Assembly: GCA_019358935.1 (NCBI GenBank)
Contig: JAHHIK010000002.1
Location: 105,507-169,506 of the forward strand
Length of the DNA: 64,000 nt
Origin: Tolypothrix carrinoi HA7290-LM1
GTDB taxonomy: Bacteria; Cyanobacteriota; Cyanobacteriia; Cyanobacteriales; Nostocaceae
Direction: 5' to 3'
In this document: in pieces, positions 27,971 to 38,859 of the stretch
Layout: each line of letters begins with the position of its first letter
Position numbering within the stretch: the first letter of the stretch is position 1
Program-made: the position numbers and the translations under genes
Notes under the pieces: generated by a model
Seen by the model: only the letters and a program-made list of their open reading frames with translations
What the model was told of the DNA's origin: nothing
The model's database searches: none

Positions 27971-29275
27971 TTGAAAAGTGGTATGGATACACACGGAGTT
28001 CTTCCTTCAAAGTTATCAGAATTACCGTTCTTGTTTCCATCAAAAAATAGGTGCGAACCTGTTGAAGTAATTAACTTATCATTCAAGCACATGAAATTAC
28101 GTATAATTACTTTAGGTTGGCGGCGTTCGATTCAATGTTTGTTGCCAGTCTTGTTTTTAGTATCATTTCTTACGGTATCTCAGATAAGTAGCCTTCAGGC
28201 GATTGCCCAACAACCCCGGCAGGAAATTCGGGGAGTTTGGCTGACTAGTAATGATTTTGACATCCTCAAAAATCGTTTGAAAGTGCAGGATGCAATGAGT
28301 CAATTAAGGCGGCTCAACTTTAATACAATTTATCCTGTAGTATGGAATTCTGGCTATACATCGTATCCCAGTGCCGTAGCCAAAAAAATTGGTATTCCGT
28401 TTTTTGATCGAGGCTCCCAAGGACAAGATATTCTTGCAGATGTAATTACTCAAGCTCATCGCCAAGGGTTACTGGCGATTCCCTGGTTTGAGTTTGGTTT
28501 CATGGCTCCCCCAACTTCAGAACTAGCATTAAATCGTCCTAATTGGCTCACGCAAAAGCGGGATGGTAGCGAAACTTCGATTAGTGTCGCCGGTGAGGTT
28601 GTCTGGCTCAATCCCTTTCTTCCAGAAGTGCAACAATTTATCACCAACCTCGTATTAGAAATTGTCACTCAGTATGATGTCGATGGAATTCAATTTGATG
28701 ACCACATGAGTTTGCCCAACGAATTTGGCTACGATAAATATACAGTAGCGTTGTATACTCAAGAAACTAAAAATAATCCGCCAACGAATTTTGAAGATGA
28801 AGCATGGGTGCGCTGGCGGGCAGATAAAATCACAGTATTCATGATACAACTCAACGAAGCTGTGAAAGCAAGAAAACCGAATGCGATTTTCTCGGTTTCG
28901 CCCAATTATTACGACTTTGCATATAAGTTACATCTGCAAGATTGGCTTGGCTGGGTAAGGCTGAATATTGTAGACGAACTAATTATGCAAGTTTATCGTC
29001 AAGATTTGTCAAGTTTTATCGCAAAAATTACCCGTCCAGAAATTCAGGAAACACAACAGATAATTCCCACCGGAATTGGTATTATGGCAGGGTTGAGAAA
29101 TCGCCCAGTTCCAATAAAACAAATTCAATCGCAAGTGCGAGCAGCTCAACAACGTCGTTTGGGCGTAACTTTCTTTTACTACGAAAGCCTTTGGGATTCA
29201 GCTCCAGAATCGGTTAGCGATCGCCAATCTGCATTTCAAGCTTTGTTTCCCTCTCCCGCACCCCGCACCAAGTAA
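27971..29275 (+). CDS. Glycoside hydrolase family 10-like (GHL10/DUF187) secreted protein
   Basis: EIRGVWL, PWFEFG, WLNPFLPEVQQFI and YDVDGIQFDDH. The real start may be ATG 28091, ahead of a signal-peptide-like segment. Confidence 0.85.
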   Translation: MKSGMDTHGVLPSKLSELPFLFPSKNRCEPVEVINLSFKHMKLRIITLGWRRSIQCLLPVLFLVSFLTVSQISSLQAIAQQPRQEIRGVWLTSNDFDILKNRLKVQDAMSQLRRLNFNTIYPVVWNSGYTSYPSAVAKKIGIPFFDRGSQGQDILADVITQAHRQGLLAIPWFEFGFMAPPTSELALNRPNWLTQKRDGSETSISVAGEVVWLNPFLPEVQQFITNLVLEIVTQYDVDGIQFDDHMSLPNEFGYDKYTVALYTQETKNNPPTNFEDEAWVRWRADKITVFMIQLNEAVKARKPNAIFSVSPNYYDFAYKLHLQDWLGWVRLNIVDELIMQVYRQDLSSFIAKITRPEIQETQQIIPTGIGIMAGLRNRPVPIKQIQSQVRAAQQRRLGVTFFYYESLWDSAPESVSDRQSAFQALFPSPAPRTK

Positions 29276-29456
29276 TTGATAAATGGGCATTGGGCAATGG
29301 GCATTGGGCAATCGACGCGCAAATGTTGGATTAGTAGGGGTGGGGTTTCCCCAATCGTACACAGAGCGTTGGAGCGTTGTACTTCGTCTCTCCTAGAAAT
29401 TCCACAATTCTGCCGTTTGTGATACTTGACAAAAGTTACATCTTACACTAAAAAAA

Positions 29457-29596
29457 CCATAGATAAATTCCGCACCACTACCAAGAATTTTTCAATGATT
29501 TAACTCTTACGTTCTTTCTATTTAAACGGTAAGCTACTTTCATAGATATAGATTATTGTTGATGCCTCAAATGATAATCATAGATATAAGTATATT
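29457..29596. promoter_or_regulatory. Candidate LysR-type (CcmR/NdhR) operator region upstream of ndhF3
   Basis: CATAGATA occurs three times (29458, 29541, 29579); TCATAGATATA is exact at 29540 and 29578. Resembles ATAG-N8-CTAT half sites. Confidence 0.35.
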
Positions 29597-29627
29597 TAAT
29601 TAGTCTTATCGTGTCAGGATAGAAAGG

Positions 29628-31502
29628 ATGGCTCAACTTCTTACTCAAACTGCTTGGTTAATACCGTGCTATGCGTTAGTTGGCATGGTTTTGTCGGCGC
29701 TCTGGTTTCCGTCGATTACCCGTCGTACAGGACCCAGACCGGCAGGATATTTCAACTTAATTGTGACTTTAGTGGCATTTGTCCACAGTGTTTTGGCATT
29801 TTCTTATCTGTGGAATCAACCTGCTCAATATGAGTTTATCTCTTGGCTGCAAGTTGCAGGTTTAAATTTAACAATTCCTCTAGAAATCTCATCTATCAGC
29901 TTGGGAGCCTGCATTTTGGTTACAGGGCTGAACTTGCTCGCACAACTTTATGCGATCGGTTATCTGGAGATGGATTGGGGTTGGGCACGCTTTTATGTTC
30001 TCCTGGCAATGTTTGAAGCGGGGATGTGTAGCTTAGTTTTGTGCAATTCCCTGTTCTTCAGCTATATTGTCCTGGAAATCTTGACTTTAGGAACTTACCT
30101 GCTGATTGGTTTCTGGTTCAATCAGTCTTTGGTGGTTACGGGAGCGCGGGATGCATTCCTCACCAAGCGCGTGGGTGACTTATTTCTCTTGATGGGTGTG
30201 TTAGCGCTTTATCCGCTAGCTGGTACTTGGGACTTTCGGGAGTTAGCACAGTGGGCAGAAACGGCTGAAGTTAATCCAACGGTGGCAGCGCTGGTAAGTT
30301 TGGCGCTGATTGCAGGACCGATGGGTAAATGCGCTCAGTTTCCGTTGCATCTGTGGTTGGATGAGGCGATGGAAGGTCCGATTCCCAGTACAATATTGCG
30401 GAATTCGGTGGTGGTAGCGACTGGAGCCTGGGTGCTGGTGAAACTAGAGCCTGTACTGGAACTTTCTCCGTGGGCAATGACAATGACGATCGCTATCGGC
30501 GCAATTACTGCAATTGGTGGAGTCTTGATTGCGATCGCTCAAATTGATATTAAACGTACTCTCTCATATCTCGTCAGCGCTTACATGGGTCTTGTCTTCA
30601 TAGCTGTTGGTAGTCAGCAAATCGAAGCGGGTCTGTTGATTGTACTAGCTCATGCTGTAGCAATGGCAACTTTGGTAGCTAGTTGCGGTTCAATTATTCT
30701 CAACTGCATAACTCAGGATCTAACTCAATTAGGCGGGCTTTGGAAGCGTCGTCCAGTTACCGGACTTTCCTTTATTGCGGGTATCTTGGGGCTAATTGCA
30801 ATGCCTCCCCTTGGTGGATTCTGGGCGATGTTGAAACTAGCAGATGGGTTGTGGAATACTCAACCTTTATTAGTAGGGCTGGTACTGCTAATTAACACTT
30901 TGACCGCGTTTAGCTTGGTTCGCGTATTCGGTCTGATTTTTGCCAATAAGCCGACGCAAATGACCGAGCGATCGCCTGAACCTTTGTGGGCTGTAACCCT
31001 ACCCATGACAGCGTTGGCAGGCTTTACACTTCATATCCCGATGATTCTCCAAAGTTTGTCTCTTCTTCCCGAATGGGCGACATTGAATCAAGATGTCGCA
31101 TTGCTGCTTACTTGGTCTAGCATCTTTGGTTTAAGTCTTGGTGGCATTATATACTTGGGCAACGTCATAGCCAAACCGATTCGCTTGCCCTGGAAAGGTT
31201 TGCAGGATTTGTTTGCCTACGATTTTTATACACCAAATCTGTATCGCTCCAGTGTAGTTGGTGGTGTAGACATATTTTCGCGCATCGTTGATTGGGGCGA
31301 TCGCTATCTCGTCGATGGATTGGTGAATCTTGTCGGACTTGCTTCGATATTCGGTGGTGAAGTCCTCAAATATGGCAACTCAGGCAAAACTCAAACTTAT
31401 GCCTTGACTATCGCCATCTGTATCAGTGCGATCGCCCTTTTTGTCATCCTCTCATTTGTGCCTGACTTAAAGCAAATTCTTCAGACTTTAATATCACAAT
31501 AG
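29628..31502 (+). CDS. ndhF3: NAD(P)H-quinone oxidoreductase subunit F3 (CO2 uptake NDH-1_3)
   Basis: RRTGPRPAGY and GKCAQFPLHLWLDEAMEGP; in an operon with ndhD and cupA. Confidence 0.9.
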   Translation: MAQLLTQTAWLIPCYALVGMVLSALWFPSITRRTGPRPAGYFNLIVTLVAFVHSVLAFSYLWNQPAQYEFISWLQVAGLNLTIPLEISSISLGACILVTGLNLLAQLYAIGYLEMDWGWARFYVLLAMFEAGMCSLVLCNSLFFSYIVLEILTLGTYLLIGFWFNQSLVVTGARDAFLTKRVGDLFLLMGVLALYPLAGTWDFRELAQWAETAEVNPTVAALVSLALIAGPMGKCAQFPLHLWLDEAMEGPIPSTILRNSVVVATGAWVLVKLEPVLELSPWAMTMTIAIGAITAIGGVLIAIAQIDIKRTLSYLVSAYMGLVFIAVGSQQIEAGLLIVLAHAVAMATLVASCGSIILNCITQDLTQLGGLWKRRPVTGLSFIAGILGLIAMPPLGGFWAMLKLADGLWNTQPLLVGLVLLINTLTAFSLVRVFGLIFANKPTQMTERSPEPLWAVTLPMTALAGFTLHIPMILQSLSLLPEWATLNQDVALLLTWSSIFGLSLGGIIYLGNVIAKPIRLPWKGLQDLFAYDFYTPNLYRSSVVGGVDIFSRIVDWGDRYLVDGLVNLVGLASIFGGEVLKYGNSGKTQTYALTIAICISAIALFVILSFVPDLKQILQTLISQ

Positions 31503-31519
31503 ATTTCTCCCAAAATCTT

Positions 31520-31636
31520 CCCCCCCTCTCCCCCCCTCTCCCCCCCTTGTCCCCCTTGTCCCCCCTCTCCCCCTCTCCCCCTTGTCCCCCTTGTCCCCCT
31601 TGTCCCCCTTGTCCCCCTCTCCCCCTCCTCCTCCCT
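31520..31636. repeat. C-rich tandem repeat (CCCCTTGTC)n between ndhF3 and ndhD3
   Basis: Direct reading; explains the spurious PPC-repeat N-terminus in the ORF track. Confidence 0.85.
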
Positions 31637-33145
31637 ATGCTAAGTACATTAATTTGGATACCAATGCTCGGTGCAGCCATTATCGGATGTCTGCCAAAAA
31701 ACGTTTCCTCCCGGCAAATTCGCTTGAGCGCATTGTTAATTACAGGAGCAATGCTGTTGTGGACATTCTGGATAATGGCTCAGTTTGATATTAATCAGCC
31801 AGGATTCCAACTTACAGAATACCTACCTTGGATTGAAACATTAGGATTAAATTACCAACTCGGAGTAGATGGTATCTCCTTGGTAATGGTTGCCTTGAAT
31901 AGCTTAATTACTTGGATTGCTATTTACAGCAGCCACGAAGATACTCAGCGTCCGCGATTATTTTACTCGATGATTCTGCTGATTGCTGGTGGCGTTGCGG
32001 GTGCATTTGTTGCCCAAAACTTATTGCTGTTCTTTTTGTTCTACGAACTGGAGTTAGTCCCCTTCTATTTATTAATATCGATTTGGGGTGGTGACAAGCG
32101 CAGTTATGCAGCAACAAAGTTTTTGCTCTACACCGCTCTTTCCGGAATCTTGATTTTAGCAGCATTCTTGGGTTTAGTTTGGTTAAGTCATGCAACCAGC
32201 TTTGCTTACGAATCCTTGATGGGACAAATGTTACCCTTGGGATTGCAAATTATCCTGCTAAGTTTGCTGCTGGTAGGATTTGGCATCAAAATTCCCCTCG
32301 TACCATTGCATACTTGGCTACCCGATACTTATGTTGCAGCTTCCGCACCTGTAGCCATGTTGTTAGGGGGTGTGTTGGCGAAACTTGGTACTTACGGTAT
32401 TTTCCGGTTTGGCTTAGGACTTTTCCCCGAAGCTTGGGCAACATTGGCACCTTGGTTAGCAATTTGGGCAACTGTCAGTGTACTTTATGGAGCAGCAGCG
32501 GCGATCGCTCAAAAAGACATCAAGCGGATGGTAGCATATAGTTCAATCGGTCACATGGGCTACGTTTTGTTAGGAGGTGCAGCGCACACATCATTAAGTT
32601 TAGTTGGTGCTGTTTCCCAAATGGTCGCCCACGGCTTAATTCTGGCAATTTTGTTTAACTTGGTGGGTGTAATTGAAGAGAAAATCGGCACCCGTGATTT
32701 AAATGTCCTGAATGGACTGCTAAACCCGATTCGCGGATTACCAAGCATCAGTGCCTTATTAATTCTTAGCGGCATGGCGAGTGCGGGTATTCCGGGTATG
32801 GCTGGATTTATCGCCGAATTTCTCGTATTTCAAGGCAGTTATGCAGAGTTTCCCATCCCAACTTTGTTATGTGTAGTGGGAACCGGTTTAACAGCAGTTT
32901 ACTTCGTGATATTGCTCAATCGTACTTGTTTCGGCAAATTGGATAATGCGATCGCCAATTTCCCCAAAGTGAAAGCTAATGAAAGAATACCCGCCCTCAT
33001 TTTAGCAACCTTAATTTTCATCCTGGGAGTACAACCCGCTTGGCTTGTCCGCTGGAGCGAACAGACAGTCACAACAATGGTATCAGCGATTCCCACCGTA
33101 ACTAACATCGCCCAAGACTTTCAGCGGCAACACTTCAAAGGCTAA
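31637..33145 (+). CDS. ndhD3: NAD(P)H-quinone oxidoreductase subunit D3 (chain 4)
   Basis: MLSTLIWIP start, FYELELVP, KIPLVPLHTWLPD and LAKLGTYG. Confidence 0.9.
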   Translation: MLSTLIWIPMLGAAIIGCLPKNVSSRQIRLSALLITGAMLLWTFWIMAQFDINQPGFQLTEYLPWIETLGLNYQLGVDGISLVMVALNSLITWIAIYSSHEDTQRPRLFYSMILLIAGGVAGAFVAQNLLLFFLFYELELVPFYLLISIWGGDKRSYAATKFLLYTALSGILILAAFLGLVWLSHATSFAYESLMGQMLPLGLQIILLSLLLVGFGIKIPLVPLHTWLPDTYVAASAPVAMLLGGVLAKLGTYGIFRFGLGLFPEAWATLAPWLAIWATVSVLYGAAAAIAQKDIKRMVAYSSIGHMGYVLLGGAAHTSLSLVGAVSQMVAHGLILAILFNLVGVIEEKIGTRDLNVLNGLLNPIRGLPSISALLILSGMASAGIPGMAGFIAEFLVFQGSYAEFPIPTLLCVVGTGLTAVYFVILLNRTCFGKLDNAIANFPKVKANERIPALILATLIFILGVQPAWLVRWSEQTVTTMVSAIPTVTNIAQDFQRQHFKG

Positions 33146-33254
33146 AAAATTACTTTTTACGTATTTCGTAGTAAGCACGAAGAGTGCTTTCCAAAGTGCT
33201 AAACCCCTTACTACAACCCATAATAATCAATTTGGCAGACCCCTAACCCCTCCC

Positions 33255-34541
33255 ATGATCCAAACTCTAACCAAACTTCCCCCCTCTCAACATCAATTTT
33301 CCGAAGTAATTCACCGCTTAGAAGCAGGTGGTGCGATGCTTCCGGATACACCAGAAAACTTGATGCAAATCATCGGTATCTATAAAGCGTATGCGGTGCC
33401 GATGGACTTTTACTGGCGCGACTTACTTTATATTGCCGAACGAGTTTTTCTCGATCCTGTGCCCTTCTTCAAATACTTTCTGCCCAAAGAATATTTAGAA
33501 CTACACAATCATTACGCAGGTGATGATGCTGATATTCGCATCTGGCGGGGAGAAGCAACAGCGCATCCTGAGTTGTTGGAGTTTATGGAGAAGGGTGAGG
33601 TAAATAAAAAGCTGCCCAAACTATTACATCATCTTTGGCACGATCGCATCAATATGGAATTTGCCGAAGCTTGTATGCAAGCGATGCTTTGGCATCGGGG
33701 TATGGGTGGACAATTTGACCCATATTTAGATACCGACGAGTATAAAGCAAATGCCGATCGCGCAATTAAAGCTTACTTCAAAAAAAATCCGGTCATGTTG
33801 GGATTGTATAAAATGTTTCCGGATATGTTCATCGAGCAAGTGCGGCAACTATCTTACTACTCAAACCTCGGCTTATTTTGGGAAGTGATGGCGCCGGTAT
33901 TCTTTGAGATGTCAGACCTTTACGATGAAGGTAAAATCACAAGTGTGCCGGAAGCGATGAATTTTTTGGTGAATGGAATTTTTGCGATCGCCGGACGTCC
34001 AATTTATCATCATCTATATATTGACGGTGAATGCTACGAAATTATCCCGAAATCCAAAGGCTTTACCTGGTTGTATGAAGCCGCTTTGCCTTACGTAGAA
34101 GCGGTATTTTATCGGACTGCACCTTTTAGAGGTACTAAATCTTATAACGCTCAAGCAAAGCAAGTACCTGAAGACCAAAAAGATTTCCACTTCGGCATTC
34201 TTTATGCAGACGTCTTTCCAGTCGGGACAGCGGGTATCCCACCTACACTGTTGATGCAAGATATGCTACATTTCTTGCCTGACTACTTGGTGGACTACTA
34301 TCAACAACACTGTCGCGGTGAAGATGACACGCTGATTCAGTTAGGAATTAGTTTTCAGCGATCGATGTATTGCGTCACATCAGCCGTAATTCAAGCATTA
34401 CGCCAAGCATTACTTTATCCGTTAGATGACCCCAACCCAGAACATCTGATGGCAAATCGCCGATTTTTTGAGTCTCAATTAGACCGTTTCCAGCGTCCAG
34501 AAGCGAGATTGCGCGATGTTCAACGTCAAGATTATCGGTAA
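33255..34541 (+). CDS. cupA: CO2 hydration protein CupA (ChpY)
   Basis: 428 aa; IHRLEAGGAMLPDTPENLMQIIG and HLWHDRINMEFAEAC; followed by cupS. Confidence 0.92.
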   Translation: MIQTLTKLPPSQHQFSEVIHRLEAGGAMLPDTPENLMQIIGIYKAYAVPMDFYWRDLLYIAERVFLDPVPFFKYFLPKEYLELHNHYAGDDADIRIWRGEATAHPELLEFMEKGEVNKKLPKLLHHLWHDRINMEFAEACMQAMLWHRGMGGQFDPYLDTDEYKANADRAIKAYFKKNPVMLGLYKMFPDMFIEQVRQLSYYSNLGLFWEVMAPVFFEMSDLYDEGKITSVPEAMNFLVNGIFAIAGRPIYHHLYIDGECYEIIPKSKGFTWLYEAALPYVEAVFYRTAPFRGTKSYNAQAKQVPEDQKDFHFGILYADVFPVGTAGIPPTLLMQDMLHFLPDYLVDYYQQHCRGEDDTLIQLGISFQRSMYCVTSAVIQALRQALLYPLDDPNPEHLMANRRFFESQLDRFQRPEARLRDVQRQDYR

Positions 34542-34668
34542 ATGTTCAATCAATAAACACAACAGTCTAAGGGTATTGGCGAAATTTTTAGCCTGCGTAG
34601 GCAGGCTTTGCCCGTATAGCCCCACCCTTCCAGGGTGAGGGTGCCAAGTAAAACAGAGGTAAAATCAA

Positions 34669-35070
34669 ATGCCTGATATAGTTGATATTGCTGTAAGTGC
34701 CGATGGATTTACTACTCTTGTAGCTGCCGTGAAAGCTGCCGGATTAGTTGAAGTTTTGAAAAGTCCTGGTCCATTCACCGTTTTTGCACCCACCGATGAT
34801 GCTTTTGCCAAACTTCCTCCCGGAACCGTTCACACCCTCGTCCAAAATCCGCCACAACTTGCGCGTATTCTCAAATACCACGTCGTACCCGGAAAGTTGA
34901 TGCAAGCGGATTTGGCAAATGTTCATTCTCTAACTTCAGTCGAAGGTTCCGAAATCCGAATTAATATCTCTAATAACTTTGAAGTGAAGAATGCAACAGT
35001 GATTGCTGCGGATATCGAAGCAGACAACGGAGTGATTCATGTACTTGATAACGTCATCTTAATGGGATGA
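34669..35070 (+). CDS. cupS: Fasciclin-domain protein CupS
   Basis: [13 protein letters not shown]...LKYHVV...[14 protein letters not shown]; downstream of cupA. Confidence 0.88.
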   Translation: MPDIVDIAVSADGFTTLVAAVKAAGLVEVLKSPGPFTVFAPTDDAFAKLPPGTVHTLVQNPPQLARILKYHVVPGKLMQADLANVHSLTSVEGSEIRINISNNFEVKNATVIAADIEADNGVIHVLDNVILMG

Positions 35071-35078
35071 GTTAATTA

Positions 35079-35654
35079 TCAATTCATTTCTGGCAAAACT
35101 ACATCTTCATATATTGTGGCGATCGCACACCGAAAATCAACACTAGCTAGATGCACCTCTTCCCCTTTCTCATAAGGATAAAGCACCCAGCGTCCTTCTT
35201 CGTTGCGACGAAAGCATTCAACACTCATCGTATCTTGAGAAATCAGCACGTATTCTTGTAATGACTTCAAATGTCGGTAGTCCGTGAACTTCTTGCCTCT
35301 ATCAAAACCTTCCGTACTACCAGACAGCACCTCTACAATCAAACAAGGAGAAGATTTAAAATATTCAAATTCTTTATCTTGTGTATCGCAAGTCACCATT
35401 ATATCAGGATAGTAATAGCGATTTATCGCTTGAATTTGCGCTTTCATATCTAGCATGTAAACGCGGCAACCACTACCCCGCAGGTGGTTTAGCAGCAGCA
35501 TTGATAAATTCATGGTAATGGTAACATGGGCATCACTTGCTCCTGCCATTGCATAAACTTCCCCATCAATATACTCGTGCTTAATTTGACTTACTTTCTC
35601 GCCTTCTAAATATTCTTCCGGGGATATGTAGTATTCGCGTTTGTTTGTAACCAT
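35079..35654 (-). CDS. Uma2-family endonuclease-like protein
   Basis: KHEYIDGEVYAMAG, YYPDIMVTC, LIVEVLSGST and LQEYVLISQ. Confidence 0.9.
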   Translation of the reverse strand: MVTNKREYYISPEEYLEGEKVSQIKHEYIDGEVYAMAGASDAHVTITMNLSMLLLNHLRGSGCRVYMLDMKAQIQAINRYYYPDIMVTCDTQDKEFEYFKSSPCLIVEVLSGSTEGFDRGKKFTDYRHLKSLQEYVLISQDTMSVECFRRNEEGRWVLYPYEKGEEVHLASVDFRCAIATIYEDVVLPEMN

Positions 35655-35699
35655 CTTCTTGCTGTAACTGGATAGCTATCTTCAAACATTCTAACGCTG

Positions 35700-37286
35700 T
35701 TAATGTCCAACAGCGCCGCCAGTCGCCTTCACCTTTTTCAAGAAAATAATCGCAATTCCACTTAATAATAAAGCAATGCCAATAAAGTAGAAACAATCGT
35801 TAAAAGCCATCACATACGCTTCTCTACGAACGATATTATCAATAGATTTTATCGCTTGGTCTTGCGCGGTACTTAAATCTGAACCACGACTCACAAAATA
35901 CTGCGTTAATTGGTTAATTCGCGCTTGAGTTTCCGGAGAAAATAAAGATACTGATTCTCCCAATCTATTCGAGTGAAATTGCTCTCTATTAGTTAATAAA
36001 GTTGCTAAAGATGCAATTCCAATCGAACCACCCATATTACGCATCATATTAAATAAACCACTTGCCGAACCCGCATCTTTGGGATTTAATCCACCAGTAG
36101 CAATCGAGGTAAGCGGAACCATAATTAGCGGTTGTCCCATTGCCCGAACAAGTTGTGACCAAATTAATTGATCGTGTCCGGTTTGATAAGTCATCCGCGA
36201 ATTCATAAACGCACTAATAGAGAACAAAACCACACCGACAGCAACCATTAAGCGCACATCAACACGCTTCATAACTCTGGGGAGAAAGGGAATAATCAGT
36301 AATTGCGGCATTCCCGCCCAAATTAACACTTCACCAATTTGCAGGGCGTTATATCTTTGAATTTGTGTTAGATACAGCGGCAAAATATAAATTGAACCAT
36401 ACAATCCTATACCCAGCGAAACATTAACAACACTAGCTAAACCAAAGTTACGATAACGTATAAGTCGCAGATTAATAAATGGTTGCTTGCGAGTTAATTC
36501 TATATAGAAAAATAGCGTGATAAAAATCGCTGCAATTATACTTAAGCGGACAATCAAAGGAGAACCAAACCAATCTTTGCGGCTACCTTCTTCTAAAACT
36601 ATTTGTAGGGAACCTAACCCAATCGCCATCGAAAGAATTCCCCACCAATCACCTTGTTTTAGCAATTGTATTTGGGGTGGTTGTTGAGTAATGCCATACC
36701 AAACTCCAGCAAGCATCAATGCCCCTGGAACTACATTTATATAAAAGTTGTATTCCCAACCAAAGTTATCTGTTAACCAACCTCCTAATGTCGGACCAAC
36801 CGACGGTGCAAAAACTGCGGTAATGGCAAATGCAGCTAGTCCAACTGCTTGCTTTGCTGGGGGCAAAGTTGTCAATACAACTGTTAAAGCAGTAGGAATT
36901 AAAACCCCACCGCTCAAGCCTTGTAAAGCGCGGAAAAGAATCATAGAATTGAGATCCCACGCCCAAGCACAGCATATAGAAAAGAAGATAAATAAAGCTG
37001 TATTAACTAACAAATAGCGTTTGAGGGAAAATACCCGCGATAGCCATCCAGTTAAAGGAATTACTACAATTTCCGCCACCAAATAAGCAGTAGAAATCCA
37101 AGAACCTTCTTCTAAAGTTGCTCCCAAAGATGCTTGAATATCTTGTAGCGAAGCGTTGGTAATTTGAATATCCAGCACCGCCATGAATGCACCAAGCATA
37201 CTCGCCATTACACCAATCCAGGTTCTCAGCGGTACATTATTAGAGGAAGTCTGATTGCCTTTGCCAACTGCATTTGTATTAGCCAC
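35700..37286 (-). CDS. DHA2-family MFS efflux permease (EmrB-like)
   Basis: FMAVLDIQITNASL, WISTAYLVAEI and APSVGPTLGG; about 14 TMs. Confidence 0.9.
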   Translation of the reverse strand: MANTNAVGKGNQTSSNNVPLRTWIGVMASMLGAFMAVLDIQITNASLQDIQASLGATLEEGSWISTAYLVAEIVVIPLTGWLSRVFSLKRYLLVNTALFIFFSICCAWAWDLNSMILFRALQGLSGGVLIPTALTVVLTTLPPAKQAVGLAAFAITAVFAPSVGPTLGGWLTDNFGWEYNFYINVVPGALMLAGVWYGITQQPPQIQLLKQGDWWGILSMAIGLGSLQIVLEEGSRKDWFGSPLIVRLSIIAAIFITLFFYIELTRKQPFINLRLIRYRNFGLASVVNVSLGIGLYGSIYILPLYLTQIQRYNALQIGEVLIWAGMPQLLIIPFLPRVMKRVDVRLMVAVGVVLFSISAFMNSRMTYQTGHDQLIWSQLVRAMGQPLIMVPLTSIATGGLNPKDAGSASGLFNMMRNMGGSIGIASLATLLTNREQFHSNRLGESVSLFSPETQARINQLTQYFVSRGSDLSTAQDQAIKSIDNIVRREAYVMAFNDCFYFIGIALLLSGIAIIFLKKVKATGGAVGH

Positions 37287-37477
37287 AGCGGTACTCCAAT
37301 TGAGAAAGTGGGGCGTTGAAATAGAAAGATATTTATATTTTCAAACTTGAGGCGATATTAGAAATGTACCTTAAGGAAGATGCTGTATCTCATATTGATT
37401 ATAAATATTATTTCACAGACATAAACGCAGATGCCTTTTATCTGCGTTCATCTGCGTGCATCTGCGGTTATTATTTC

Positions 37478-38755
37478 TTAACTTTTGCCACTGGTTAATA
37501 TCCCCTTTTGTTCATAAATTGGGCGAATCGATCGCCTTAAAGTAGGTAACTTTCTCACAAAAAATATAGACCCCAAAATACAAGCTATTCCATCAATAAT
37601 TAATGTATTGGTAGCGCCAATATGATTTGCTAAAAAACCTGCCAATAAGTTACCAAAGGGTATTGTACCCAAAAAAGACATTGTATATAAACTCATGACT
37701 CGTCCGCGTTTGTCATCATCTACAATCGTTTGTAAAACTGTGTTTCCCGCAGCAATTTGTAGAATCGTTCCTAAACCGACAAACAACAATGAAAATAAAG
37801 AAAGTGGTAAAAATCGTGAGAGAGAAAAACCAATCAGTCCACATCCTAAAATTGTCGGACCAAAAGCAATTAATCTACCAAGTCCTACTACTGTTTGCCG
37901 TGTAGCCAAATAAATTCCCCCAGATAATGCGCCGACTCCTGACGCAGCCATCAAAAAGCCTAGTGTATCTGCACCACCTTGCAAGATTTTTTCGGCAAAA
38001 ATTGGCACAATAATTGTATATTGCATTCCCAGAAAACTGACTAAGGCTGATAAGATTAATATTGCCCGAATTGGCGCAAAGCCAAAAGCATAATCGAATC
38101 CCTCTTTTACTTGTTTTAATGGATTGGCATTACTAACTTGATATTTATTTGATTTAATATTCATCGCCAGCAAAGCGGCAATTACCGCGATGTAGCTAAG
38201 ACCATCAATTAAAAAACAGTAAGCTGCGCCAACTTGAGCAATTAGTAAACCACCAATCGCCGGACCAATTAATCGCGCACCATTGAACATTGTTGAGTTG
38301 ATGGCGATCGCATTCGCTAAATCGTCTCTTCTCTCAATTAATTCTGGCACAAATGCTTGTCGCGCCGGCGCATCTACAGCATTAATAAATCCTTGCAACA
38401 AACTTAAAGCGATGATGTGCCAAATCTGAATTACGTCAGTTAATGCTAACACCGCGAGCGTTAATGATTGAATCATCGCCAAGATTTGTGTACCAATTAA
38501 AATCCGATGGCGAGAAAAACGATCCACAAAAACGCCACCAAAGGGAGCAAGAAAAAAGCTAGGAATTTGACTGGTAAATCCCACAATTCCTAGCATGACA
38601 GGTGAATTTGTTAAGTCATAAACTAACCAAATCGTGGCTAATTGCGTCATCCACGAGCCAATTAAAGATATACCTTGTCCGATAAAAAATAAACGGTAGT
38701 TTCTTGACCTAAATGCCGATATTCTCGGCTTTTTTTCAGTTGCTTGTGTGTTCAT
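37478..38755 (-). CDS. MFS transporter (12 TM)
   Basis: RNYRLFFIGQGISLIGSWM, GVFVDRFSR and PARQAFVPEL. Confidence 0.9.
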   Translation of the reverse strand: MNTQATEKKPRISAFRSRNYRLFFIGQGISLIGSWMTQLATIWLVYDLTNSPVMLGIVGFTSQIPSFFLAPFGGVFVDRFSRHRILIGTQILAMIQSLTLAVLALTDVIQIWHIIALSLLQGFINAVDAPARQAFVPELIERRDDLANAIAINSTMFNGARLIGPAIGGLLIAQVGAAYCFLIDGLSYIAVIAALLAMNIKSNKYQVSNANPLKQVKEGFDYAFGFAPIRAILILSALVSFLGMQYTIIVPIFAEKILQGGADTLGFLMAASGVGALSGGIYLATRQTVVGLGRLIAFGPTILGCGLIGFSLSRFLPLSLFSLLFVGLGTILQIAAGNTVLQTIVDDDKRGRVMSLYTMSFLGTIPFGNLLAGFLANHIGATNTLIIDGIACILGSIFFVRKLPTLRRSIRPIYEQKGILTSGKS

Positions 38756-38859
38756 TAAAGGTTTAGTTTATACCAATACGCTTTCCATAAATATCACCTA
38801 ACTTGACTTGAAACGCCTCTCCACAGGTGGAAAGATGTTTTCATTCGGCAATATTGGTA

